From positions 310,001-374,000 of the forward strand of contig CAJFCJ010000030.1 of the NCBI GenBank assembly GCA_904063045.1: a stretch of 64,000 nt of DNA, read 5' to 3'. The position numbers and the translations under genes are program-made. The notes beneath the pieces were generated by a model. The model searched no databases. It had not been told where the DNA came from and saw only the letters and a list, made by a program, of their open reading frames with translations. Below, one piece after another: positions 1-12,700 of this stretch (positions are counted from its first letter, which is position 1; each line of letters opens with the position of its first letter). Origin of the DNA: Dimorphilus gyrociliatus (lineage: Eukaryota; Animalia; Annelida).

Positions 1-69
1 CTGATTATTGCTATTACACTTAAACGCTACTTACTTAAATATTAATGTAAATATTTCAATATGTAAATT

Positions 70-94
70 TATATATATATATATATATATATAT
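70..94. repeat. (TA)n microsatellite
   Basis: About 12 TA units, read directly. Confidence 0.9.
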
Positions 95-1566
95 CAATAA
101 AACAATGCGCTTATCATCCAGAATCAGCGCCCTCTGCGCTCAATAAATTCTACACTCTTCTCGTATCAGGGTGGGTACTGATAAGGCAAAATTATGAGTC
201 AGAGCAAGTTGTAATGCTATAACAGTTATAATAATGGCATAATAGGCCACAATTTTTGTGTAAATTCAACTACAAACCACGCTAAATGTAGACGTAAAAA
301 TGTATAAGTTTACACGTAGGTATACACAAAGATTTATATGTATTAAAGATAGTTTATAAGAAAAGTCGCTTAAATGGAAATTAGACATTCAACTGTGCAA
401 TAAATATAAATGGTTAAATATCAGATGTATATTCATATACGTACTTAACATAAACTTAGGAATGCTCATATTAACTATGTTTACCACGGCTATTACACTT
501 TTTACATAATTCGTATTTGTAAAAGAGAAAATTCTCTCTCAGTATAACCTAAACCCTCGTTCCGGTTGATTTTGTTTATGCAAAATGAATTCGAATTAAT
601 TAAAACCGCCTAAAACGTTTGAATAAACAGGTGCATTGTTAGAACACTGCCATATGACCGGGTTGGAAAAAATAGGCGCAGCCTAAACCCAACCTAACCT
701 AAGTGTTTTTATGTAATTTTTTTAAGACGCATACACTTATATATACGAAAAAGGAAAGTTTAAAGGCTCTACTGTATATTCCCTTCTACGTTGATATTAT
801 TCAGCATAGAACTTTTCTCAGTTTGGGTACCCTTGCCTATTAGCATCCAAAAAACTATCGGTGGTCTTGTTGAAACAAGACTTTTTCGTTATGTAACAGA
901 ATACCGTACTATTTAAAATCTGCTTTGCTTTTAGGATGTTAGGTTTTATTTTTTTCTGTATAATTGTTATTATATTCTCCTAATTATAGTAAATTTTCAT
1001 TTATTGCATTGTACTTTTATGCATTTTCCGTCTTTTTTAAAATTCTGTACCCTTATTTTTTTTAACCACCCACACCCCTATCTTTAACCCTCATCCCACG
1101 AAATCCGGTTCTATTATTCTTCATCAGCTATTAAGGCTACCTTGTCGCCATCTACTTTCCTGCTCTTTCTCACCCTTTTTTTTTCCTGTTTTAAAAAGGG
1201 CTTAGCTTCAAGTCCCTGTGAGCGGTGCCTAATCAAAGAGAATCGTATTTTACAGAAATCGTTTTTAAAAAAAAAAACACGAAAGAACAACAACAACAAC
1301 AGTTTATTGTTTCGTATGTCAAATAAAGATGCACTATACTTTAGGCCTCGGTAATTTTATAGCTTTTATACAACATATAAGCTACAAAATTTGTTCATCT
1401 TCTCAATTTTTCCATCTATATATATTAAAATTAATATTTATTGAATAGAAACTATCTTGAAAGACGAAGAACAAAAAGTTTCCCTAGATTTAGCAATAAA
1501 AATGAATAAATAGTCATAAAGATAAGTAGAAAACCTTAGAAGATATAGAGATAGAGAGGCGGGGAC

Positions 1567-1600
1567 AGAGAGAGAGAAAGAGAGAGAGAGAGAAGAGAGA
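1567..1600. repeat. Imperfect (GA)n microsatellite
   Basis: AG dinucleotide run, read directly. Confidence 0.8.
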
Positions 1601-2368
1601 ATCAAATGAGATACAGGGAGGCGAATAAAACGATATAAAGAAAGAGGAAGGTTGAAAAAGAAAAGAAAGAAGATATCTTAAGAAAGATACAAGTTAAAAA
1701 GAGTGGGAAAGAGACAAAGACAAGGGAATCAATTCCCTCAATATCGTAAAAAAATAAATAAACTCGAGTTAGCTCAGGAATTTTAAATAGGCTAATAAGA
1801 GTAATATTTCCCATAAAATGGTATGCATATTGAACAGAAACTGATACGAGAAGAGAATAGAGAAATTTATGATGTTTTCTTTCAAATCAGAAAAAAGTAT
1901 TTTACTATAAGGTGGTAAATGATCTACATCATCTTTCGACAATAAAAAAAAATCAATTTGACCATAGATAACCTGGAGAGAAGTAAAAAGAAAAGTATAA
2001 ACAGAAAGTTTATTTTAACCGTCCAATCTTATTAAGATTAATGTATAATGTAAAACAATTATAAAATCACTTGCTATATCTCTCGATTTATCGTAAAAGA
2101 CTTTACCAGTCCCGTTTTTAAGTATAGGAACCTTATGGTCGGTTTTCACTTACCGCCCCGTACTCCTCTGGTTTCCTTTTTTTATTGTATCTTTTGACCT
2201 AATGCTAGCCTTGTAAATCAATTACATAGAAATTATTAACAATTGTTCTAGAAATTAGGTAGAACGACGTCAGTACCTTTTCTCAAACAAATAATATAAA
2301 GAAATAAAGTAGTAGAGTAAACCGATAGGGGAATACAAAAATATATTTCTGCTAAACAAGTAACAGTG

Positions 2369-2382
2369 GTGCCATCTAGTGA
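2369..2382. promoter_or_regulatory. CTCF-like motif GTGCCATCTAGTGA upstream of the DHRS11-like gene
   Basis: The reverse complement TCACTAGATGGCAC matches the CTCF core CCACYAGRKGGCRC. It lies about 170 nt upstream of the ATG. Confidence 0.45.
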
Positions 2383-2548
2383 ATTATGCCAGAGTTTTTC
2401 GGTGTTTGAAAGCATTTAATTCATGCTATTAATATATTTTAAAAATAGACAGGTACTCGACCGTAAAATTACATGTATTTCCTTGTCGGTTGCTCAATCC
2501 CTTTTGTCCATGAGCCTACCATTTTAGAACATATACAATAGACAAAAT

Positions 2549-4114
2549 ATGGAACGTTGGATGGGAAGAGTAGCTATAATTACAGGAGCTTCGTCTGGAA
2601 TCGGTCAGGCTATTGCCAAGAAATTAACAATTGAAGGAATGGTCGTTTTTGGAGTAGCCAGAAGTTTCAATAAATTAAATGTAAGATTCCTTTTCCATTT
2701 CCATTTATCTTACTAATCAGAATTCCTTGTGGAATCTTGGTAAATTCCCGAATCTAATATCTTTAAAGGAGTTTGCTGACAAACTTGGCCAAGTTAAAGG
2801 AACCTTCATACCTATGCAGTGTGACGTTAGAAAAGAGGATGACATTTTAAAAGTTTTTGCAGAGATCAATGATAAGTATGGTGGAGTTGATATTCTCATC
2901 AATAATGCAGGAATAGCAAAACAGGGTAGCATTTTGGAAGGTAAAAGAGAGAATTGGATGGATATGATCGAGGTAATTAGATATTTAAACTATTGTACTT
3001 GAATTTTTAAGTAGTTCTCTTTCGTTAACAAATTCAAATACTATTGCTGATATTATATTTTTTGCTATAACAGGTTAATGTCGTAGCCTATGCCGATTTT
3101 TGTAGAGAGGCCTATAAATCCATGAAAAAAAAGGGTATTGACGACGGCCATTTAATTAATATTAGCAGGTTAGAAGTGGCCGACTTAATTTAATATTCAC
3201 TAGATGTCACGTTAATCATTAAATTTATATATTATATATATATGTAGATGGTACTATATAGTTTGATTAAGTATAAACTTTCAATTGTTATTGAATGCTG
3301 TTTTAGTACTCAAATAACATGTAGATTGATTATTACAATATTAATTTATTCATAAAATGTAATAATTTTAAGATAATCAACATTGTTATATATTTTACAA
3401 GTGATTCATTCTGGTAGCTTAATTGGACATATTGTTTTTAACCTCCCTTCTTACCATTTTTACGCTGCAACAAAGCACTCTGTAAAAGCACTGACGGAAG
3501 CAATTAGGCAGGAATTGCGTAACGCCAATTCCCATATTAGAGCTAGCGTAAGTAAAGAGTAGAAGAATATAAAGGTAAAGCTAAATATTTAATAATGAAA
3601 CAAATTTCTCTTTCCCAATCCTTAGGCTGTCAGCTCTGGCATGGTAGAAACTGATTTTTTTAACTTAATTCATGGTAAAGAAGAAAGCAAACAGATCTGT
3701 TCATACTTCAAGGTTAATGAAATTCTTTATTTCTTTTACTTTTTCATGTTATAATCCCTATTTTAGAAAGAGCTCATTCATTTATCCTTTCCCTTCATTT
3801 TCTTTTCTGTTGCACTAAAGGTTTCAATCGGCTTTTCCTTTTCTTTTTATCACAGTGTCTGCAACCCGAGGATATTGCGAATACTGTTGTTCACATTATA
3901 CAAGCTCCTCCTCATGTCGAAGTTAGTAATCTTTACGTATGTTATTGCAAATAGGTCTAATCAACACTTTTCGGGTTAAATACACTATATACAATTTATA
4001 TAATTTATACGCGGTTAACTCTATCGTATGTATAAATTATTATTGTTTTTCTTTATTCAATATCCCGTATAGATCAACGATGTCATCATGAGGCCTACCG
4101 AACAGAGAGACTGA
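2549..4114 (+). CDS. DHRS11: Short-chain dehydrogenase/reductase, DHRS11-like, 251 aa, 7 exons (2549-2680, 2769-2972, 3074-3168, 3418-3547, 3626-3712, 3856-3921, 4073-4114)
   Basis: The spliced protein starts MERWMGRVAIITGASSGIG (Rossmann TGxxxGIG) and contains DILINNAG, GIDDGHLINISS, the catalytic YAATK (YxxxK) and C-terminal IMRPTEQRD*. All introns are GT-AG and in phase. AATAAA at 4162-4167. Confidence 0.93.
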
Positions 4115-4161
4115 CGAGAAGGAGAAACTTAATGTTTATTTGTTTTAAAGTAATTTGAAAG

Positions 4162-4167
4162 AATAAA
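4162..4167 (+). terminator. Polyadenylation signal of the DHRS11-like gene
   Basis: AATAAA 48 nt after the stop codon. The hexamer is common in AT-rich DNA, so position is the main support. Confidence 0.5.
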
Positions 4168-4429
4168 ATACAAAATTTTACTTGAAAATATTTAGTATAC
4201 GTTGGCCCTTTGGGCGACAACTTTATCGATCTTTAACTAGGATAATGTATTGTCTTCGAAAAGGATTAGTATCCATGCTAATCCAAAATCTTGTTTACAC
4301 CAGTTACGAAATAGTCTGACGATTCCATTCGCACAAAACACTAAAGATAGAAGAAAACCAATAAGATTCCATGATAAAATTTATCTTTTATCATTTGTAT
4401 TTAATTGTTTATAAAAGAGAGAAATAATA

Positions 4430-7400
4430 ATGAAGATAAAAGGAGTATGTCAGCATGAATCCTGCAAACAATCTTTACAATGTCAATTGGACTTTCTGGA
4501 TAGTAGATCTAATAGTTTGGATGAGAAAGTTGGAGAAACGCTTAATTGGATCTTGAAATGGAAATGTCGAAAGACAATAAGCAATTTGGTTGACTTTTTA
4601 ATTGACATGTTTACGTAAGTTTATTCTAAGAATATCATAGTCAGATAGATACAATTCACAATAATGTCAACATAAATCTTTTGAATAGATATATAGATGT
4701 AAAACATTATATGTGCAATACGTATAACTTTAATTCACTTTTGAAGATATTCGGAAATTGATTGCATCAAAGTTAATGGTTACGTAAAGACTTATGGAAC
4801 AGATGTTGGAATTAGGAATCACGAATGGCTGATGATAAACGATAATGAGGACGAAATAATTGATATTATACAATTCGTTCATTATGGTGAAACCAGTTCA
4901 CCTTTCGCTAAAAGAAGAGTGGATGAGAGCTATCTTTTTTATTTCTGGGACGAATCAGCTAACATTCCAAAACACATTTTCTCTAATTTAGAGGAATTTA
5001 AAAGTTCATTATATATAAATCCTCTAGCGTATAGTATATGCGGTTTATATTCGTCAACTGCTGAGTTTAAAGATATCAAATCAGAATATGGCGTTACCGA
5101 GATTATATTCAATCGAAAGAATCAATTAAATTCTCGTCCAGTTAGATTTAGCGGGTCCTTAGGGAACAACGAAGAAGTACTAGAAAACGGCGATAGGTTT
5201 ATATTCATCGAGCAAATAAGCGGGTGTATTCGAATTCGTATTAATTTACCAAAAAATGGATATTATTCCTTCAAGCTTAACTTTCAAATTGTAGATGGAT
5301 ATGGTAGATTGGGAGATTCAATTTTCGTTTGTTCCTACGAGATTTTTTGCGAGAATGTACGTTATCAACCTCAGCCTTATCCCTTTAATGAAAATTTCGA
5401 ATGGGGTTTAATATCAGTTAATCATGTCTGGAATTTGGGTTTAAAAGGCGTTCTGGGAGGCAGAGTTATCAGTAGATACGGTGTATTAAGATTAGAATTC
5501 CAGGCAGACAATTTGGAAAAGGAGGATGTTAATTTCGAATTACGATCAAATTTTGCAGATATCAATCATTTAAGGCATTCGTATGTTTGTTGGATACATG
5601 AAAATTCAATTATTGTTATTCATATTCGATTTCCGCTCGGAGGATACTATGCTTTAGATGTTCTAGTTAGAAAAAGAAATAGCGACGAGGAGAGGAAACT
5701 TATCGGCTCTTATTTATTATGCGCTGAACAAGCTTGTTTAGATAGGCGTTTATTCCCAGTACTACCTTCTAATTCAATAGGCATCAAATTTTCGGATAGG
5801 AAATATATTAGATTAACAAATACCGAACCATTAATCCATTTGAAAGAATCTGTAGACGACATGGAATTATTAATTGAAAAAGAAAAAACAACGGAAGAGG
5901 GAAACGTCAGAGTCAAATGGACATTATATCATGATGATGATGCAGTTATCGATTATGAAAAACCACACTTTGCCTTTTGGGAGAAGCGATCAGAGCATGA
6001 ATACGTTGTAAAGACTAAACCGGCAGTTGTTGGCATATATTTATTATCGATCGATATTGGTAATTTTGCAATTTATGTTATTGTTATATGCGATTATCCT
6101 GCAAAAAACTTATACCCCTTTCCTAGTATATTAAATCAAACAGAATGGCAAAGATCCTCTGTACGTCTAGTTGAACCATTAAGGGGCTTGATCTGTAAGA
6201 ACTCGATAAGTAAATTTTCTATAAAGCTTCAAGAAAATTGCCAACATAGGGCAAACGTTGCAATGTACGATAATGGAATAAAGAAATATTCTTATGGAAT
6301 GAAACGTAGAGGAGACATAAATAGTTCAGAACCTTTCATATTCTCCCACTTTTCGAGTGCTGTTATAAGTTTAAACAATATTGCATTACTAGAATTCGAG
6401 GTAATTTTATATTCTATTTAAAGTTATAAAATTGGATACTTTCATTGTTTCTTCACAATTTTTATTAGATTGTTGATGAAGACTTTTATGAGAGTATTAA
6501 TGATTGGCTTTCCCTCGAATACGACAGAGCCGAAAAATTCCAAAGCGACCTTAAATATCATGCATATGTATCTCTAATGGCAGAAAATAGTCCAACCCCT
6601 GATACGTTAAAAAAAACGTCATCGGCTAGCGTACGAAAATCACTGTCCCCTCTTGTTGAAACTCCTTTTTCCGAGTCATCTACACCGGATCGATTTGAAT
6701 CGCCAAAAGCAGTATCTAGAAAGAATAGTAACTCTTCTGTTTCCTCTTCAGGCGATGAGCGCCTTAGAAAGTCAAGTCCTCAGCCTATTTATAGAAGTTT
6801 TTCCATTCAAACTTATCATTCTCTACAAACGGAATTAAAGTCTTTGGTTACGGAGTTCTCAGAAAGAAGTCCGACACTCAAGAATGAAGATGATACATCA
6901 ACATTAGTTGGATCTGAAAATGAAGACGAAACGACGGAGGTAATTGATATAGGAGAAAGGATTGACTCTAAAGAAAGGGAACGAACTGATATTAAAGATA
7001 ACGTAGAATATGATAAAGTAAGTAATGCTGGGAGAGAACGTGTAGACAAAATGAATGAAGTTATTACAACTAAAGAAGGAGAAGAAGAATTAAAGGCAAA
7101 ATCTGAGCTCGAAGATGAAAATAAAGAGAACGAAGAGGAAGAAACAAAGGAAATAGACGACGAAGAAAAAAGTAACGAAGGAAAGGATGACGAAGAATTA
7201 GAAGATGAAGAAGGAAGCATCCTAGAAACAAGGTCAATACATACGAATAGTCGAATTTATCCCACATCGGATTCGCATTATTATGCAACAAGCCGATCTA
7301 ATAGTCGTACAACTGAGTTAATTGACATGGTTACGAAGGAAAATACACACAAATTTGAGGCTGATGTTGGAGGCAAGCAAAAAGAACAATTGAATGCAGT

Positions 7401-8514
7401 AGATTCAAGAGGCGATGAGGACGAAGAAGAAGAAGAATTTGAAGAAAGCTGGGAAGAAGAGGGAGAAGAGGAAGAAAACGATGAGGAAGAAGAAAATTGG
7501 CCGGGAAGTTCGCCTAGTAATTACGTCACTGATGATAGTCTCTCTTCCTCTTGCCAATTAATGTTGGACAGTTTGAGTAACCATAGCGCAACTGAGGACT
7601 CAAAAGTAACGACCTCCGACGTTTCTCTAGCAGTATGTCAAAATCGTAGTAGTGTATCATCAAACGAGTCTTCAAACTATAGTAAGAATGGCGAGAATTG
7701 CGTACCTAGAGAGGATATAATAGAAGCAAGAGCAGGTATGTATAATTGTTTTATTGTATGCATATCCGCTTATTTACGTTTGTCGAGCAATTTCGGTACA
7801 CATCTCATGATCGACGTTAGTTTATTTCAACGCGACCCCATAAATGAGTTATTACCGTTAATCACTGGGCAACTGGTTATTTTCACCGCTATTACAGACT
7901 TATTCTGTAAACGAGAAGCGCATGTTGTATATATTAAAATAGGATATACTGGGATCACATGTTTCTTGTAGGCTAACATTTTTCTCTGTTTATTGCATAT
8001 ATATAATTCGCTCTCCACAGCTGTAAAACTAATAATTATCCCATTTTTTTTAGATTTGGAGTATTTTACAAGTATATTGAATGCTAAGGGTTTGAAACAG
8101 GTTTTAAAAGTACTTGATTTAAGGCCAAAGTTGAAATATCATTTGAGAAAGGATTATAAGAAGGCTGAAGAATTGATAAAGGACTTGGACGAATATGAAA
8201 TTACTGTCCATAGGGTTCTTAAACTGAACAATAATTCTGTTGCTGAATTGATCAGCTATAGAAAGCCATCTCCAATTATTCACAGAATCCTACAAGCCGT
8301 ATTACTAGTTTTCGGTTTTCCCGAGAGGAAAACAAGGGATTTCGTCAAAGTAAAGAAACTTTTAAAGCAGCAGAACCTACTCAAGAGGATTCACGACACG
8401 AAACCGGAAATGATTGAAACTTCGTTGGCACAGGAGGCCCATCAACTTATCACAGATATAGACATGGACGAAGTAAAAGATAAAAGCGCCGCAGCAGCAG
8501 CTATTTTTAAATGG
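4430..8514 (+). CDS. KY/hillarin-like protein of at least 1189 aa: degenerate transglutaminase-like domain, KY-type Ig-like repeats, acidic Ser/Glu-rich linker and C-terminal dynein-MTBD-like domain. Exons 4430-4614, 4747-6400, 6469-7735, 8054-8514; last exon not resolved
   Basis: Four ORFs of the track join in phase through GT-AG introns (AC|gtaagt..ag|A; GAG|gtaatt..ag|ATT; G|gtatgt..ag|AT). The transglutaminase-like pattern reads EKVGETLNWI...CIKVNGYVK...NHEW...IID...YLFYF. Repeated Ig-like units read IRINLPKNGYYSFKL...VCSYEI...PYP...WG and IHIRFPLGGYYALDV...IGSYLL...LFP. Confidence 0.8.
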
Positions 8515-9733
8515 GTAAGTTATAATTTATTCATAGAATTCGCTTAAGTAATATCTAGCTTTTTTTATAAAAGTGATGGACAAGTCAAAAGATTTAACAA
8601 TTTTAGCTTTATGCGGTATATTTTAATAGGGTGTTGCTCTTGACTTTCATCTTTCATTACCTATTTAAAAGTGAACTATAATTAAGCGTACGTATCATTG
8701 GGTTTGTACTAATTAATTTATAGTTACAACTCATGATAAAACAAAACTTGAAAACTTTTTGAAATATTGATTGTTAATTTATTATTGAAAAATCTTGAAA
8801 ATGTCAGAAAAGGAGGAAAACTAGAGAAAATTTCTTTTACACTTTTTTTTTGCCTCTGAATTTCTTTATTTAGTACTTTTTATTATTTTTTTATTTTTCA
8901 TTATCCATTCTTAATGTTCGTTTACTTTCTTTGTTCCTTCTTACAACCGGAAGTCTACAAAATCCGGTGGGAAAAGAAAGCGATTGGTATACAATAGGCC
9001 TAGTATCAAAAATTTCTGGAGAAAGAAAAGCCTTTTTCACAGAGATTGTATTGGTTTATACATTTTTTGTTCCTCTTCTTCGGATATATCCCCGAAGGAT
9101 GGCAATTCTGTATTTTCTTAGCATAAACACTGTATCCCCAAGACGGGTTTGTTCCACTTGAAATTCTAGTTCCATCGTTCCTTTTTATAACGGTACTATT
9201 TACAGACGTAGAGACGCCTTACATTGAGTTCAATAATTATAATAATTACTTGATAATATTATTTATAAATAAACTATTGTAATACTGTAATGGCAGTTTT
9301 TAATTATTCATGAGTCTATTACCCTTAAATTGATCCATTTATGAAAATCTTGTTTAATATCATTATACTTTTTTGAGGCTTACATGCTATAGGTAAAACA
9401 AGTGAACCAGAGAATTATTTCCTTTTTCCTCTCACAACAAACATGAATGAATAATAATTACTCTCTCATGAATATTAATATAAAATGCAAAAAAAACTCT
9501 TTTGCAATAGAAAGATACATCTACAATAATTTTTTTATTGAGATAAGTATTCAATCATTTTAATGCATTCTTTACATACAGCTGCAGTCTTCCCTGAGAG
9601 TAGTCACTCAATGATTAACGGTGGCGCCATCTATTCAGCGCAACAATCGTACAGTGTCATTCAGGGGAATAAAAGCTTGTAATCCAGATCGTTCCTTTTC
9701 TTTGAAAACTTTCTGCATTTGAAAAAAGAAAAT

Positions 9734-12700
9734 ATGTTGAACAAACTCAAATTTATTGCATTGTGTTGCATTAGCTATGGATTAAGTTTGGATTTGCGTA
9801 AGTCTTAACCGATTTAAGTTTGCTTCAAGCAATTCTTTTTTAAAACGTTTTATATATAACTTTTTATAAGGGTCATATATACTTATGAATATAGATATAC
9901 ATGTATACGCTTATATAGTTATTACACTATAATGATGTACTTTACCCATAAATACATGAATAATTATACATAAGGCATGTTCTGTATATTTTCAGGATAT
10001 AAATGATTCATAAGAACTCTTTTGCCGGCTCTTATTTATTTTTCTTCCGCGCGGCAAAGTTCTTGTTTCCAGCAATTATGTAAACTTAGGAAATAGATAC
10101 AAATAACGAAAAATAATTTATAACCACTCACCTATAAATTCCTTTCATATAAATACGAATTTAATTATTATCTATTTAAACAAACTACTGTACGTTGAAG
10201 TATAAACGGAAGAGAACTTGAGAAGGATATGTTTTTTCTCTTTAAAGTACAAACTTCTTCAATTAGAGAAATTTGCATATAGTAGTGTCAATTTTTAACT
10301 TTTTTTTTACACATACAGCATCAGACAAAGTGATAATACTTGCCTTTTTTTTATTATTATTATTTCTTTTAAACAAGCTATTTCCATTATTTAATTATCA
10401 TCGTCGAAACTATTATTCTATATCCTCTTTTCGCTTATTCCAAAAAAAAATCGGTCTCATTTCTATCGATTTCCTTATGTCAGCTGTCAATTTTAATCAT
10501 GTTCAGTTCATTCTCTTTACTAATGCTTGTCTCTTGTTTTCACTTTTTGTTTGCTTCTTAAGAGATAGGTTAGAGAGGGAGAGAGAGAGGGGATTATAAT
10601 TTATTCCCTTTAATACTTTATTTTATAATAAAACCTAAAAAAAAAGTTCTTCATTTCAAAAAGAAGCTTGTATCAGTTGGGAAAAAAAGATACAAAGCAG
10701 CTTCCATACCAGTGTACTATAATAGTATGAAAGAGAAAAGCTATTTAATCTACGCATAAACAAGGTTTTGAACTTCGGAGTTTACAGAAAATCATCGATT
10801 TCAAAAAAAATTCTAAATATAAACATAGAAGAATTTTCTTTTCCAAATAAAATCAATCAACTTATTAATAAAGGAAATGGCAAAGCTTGCAAAGTATATT
10901 TCACATTCAGGAATAAAACCTGCTTATTTGTTCAATTAAAAAAGATGACTTTTATTTGTACTTTTTGTCTATTTAATTTAACAATTACTCCTAGCAATTT
11001 GATTCTAGATTGACAAACGTAATTGTTTTCCTTTAACCTAGTTTCTTTTTTTTTTTCGTGCAGAATTCAGTTTTAAGATGAGGCTAAGGAAAAATGAAGG
11101 CTTATTATTGTGTGTAATTAAACATATTTTTTAAAGTGAGCGAGTGAGTAAGAGTGATGGTGTGTGATAGAAAAACAAAGGGAAAGAGAATAAGAAAGAG
11201 AGGAAATACCGTTTTGTGAAAGATACATATAAAGCATTTCTTAAAGATTTATTATAAAGTTAGTTTATAGAAATTAAATTCTCAATTACATAAAAAAGAT
11301 ATGTATGAGAAATTTTTCTCTTGGATTTTCTGATATAGTCTTACATCAATTACTAGCAGTATACTGTTGATAATAGATATAAATTGGTCTATTTGATGTA
11401 TACAGTTCTCGCCTTAGGCTGGTGTGAAGAAAACCTTTTTTGGTAGTCAAATATAGTTATATTACAAATTTTTGCAGAAGGCAATTGTAAACATTGGAAA
11501 ACATATTATCTGAAATAATACGCATGCGCCCTAAGTGTTTTTTCCTTATGAAGCGAAAAAATGATAATTAACTTCAAAAACAATGCCACTTATAATATTA
11601 AAATAAGAAATATGCATCAAAACAATATATTTTCGTTTTTGTTCGTTTTAACTCTCTGAAAGACTTTTAGAAAGCACCTGCAGTAAAAGAGGAGATGTTG
11701 CGTAATTCTCAATAGATAGAAATAGGAAAGGGCGCGAGTTGATTGAAATCGCTATGGCAGCATTAAGAGCTACTAGCAGTCGGAAATTAAAGAATCTTTT
11801 TCCACATTTCTTTTCCCACATCAGACCTTCATCTTGTCCCTTTCCTAAACATGACAATTTGAGCTTATTACGAGCACCACTTATGCGTTTTTTATGCTGA
11901 ATTTTATAATACACACATACCGCTTAGAAGACAAAAGGAAAATTCTTCCTCTAACTCTATCTGTTATCAGGAGGAGAAACTAGCTATACAAAAATTGCCC
12001 CCAACATCGTACGGTTTTATCTCGATAGTTTCTAGCAAAGCCCCCACTGCTCTTCCTCAAACCGACTCTTGTTTATTGTACAGTTTTCTTTACAGAACCT
12101 CTATAAAGTTAGCGCCCTATAGATACAAACATTCGTATAACACGTAGTTTTATCCTAAGCATTTCCATTCTCTCTTTTCCTAAAAGAGACTATAGAAAAG
12201 CATGTCGAGGAAAAAATTGACAATAGATAAGTTTACAGGTGTAATAAATTATGAGCGAAACGGAATCAAACTGCGTAAGTGCGCATAGTCAACAGAATCT
12301 TAATGGACAAGTCGATTACCAGTGTCAGGTGCGCTATATTTTCGATAGCATCGAATTTCTTTCGAACGTATGCTATAATACAGGCAAAAAAACTCCTCGG
12401 GATGAGTATATGTATACAATGAATATATACAGTCAAAGGCGCGATACAGCGCCTCAGGTTAGACGGAAGGGCAAAGGTATAGTAAAATTGCGGGCGGAAA
12501 GAGATATACGTAAGACGTATTCCATTGCCTATCCCACTCTTCATTATGTCTGTCTATCTCTCATTCTATTTTACTATTTTCACTTAAGAAAAACGCCCCC
12601 GTTTTTTTTTTTACTTCTTATCCTTCTTTACCAGTTTTATAAGTTTTTATATTCCAGTCGATTATATAAATACAGTACATCGGATATTAAATGAAATATT

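Noticed and set aside
546-704. Scattered AACCT/CCTAAA units, with similar ones near 63150-63200, suggesting telomeric or Helitron-associated repeats
   Set aside because: Only 2-3 imperfect units, with no terminal structure or second full copy visible.
1114-1354. Overlapping short ORFs on both strands
   Set aside because: Low-complexity A/T runs, no family motif and no supported splice partners.
6816-7220. 134-aa Ser/Leu-rich ORF on the minus strand
   Set aside because: It is the antisense shadow of the GAA-rich acidic exon of the KY-like gene.
8931-9240. GC-richer patch with an ETS motif (CCGGAAGT, 8947) and short ORFs on both strands
   Set aside because: No recognisable protein or consistent splice sites. 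It may be UTR or promoter, and I could not assign it as the last exon of the KY-like gene.
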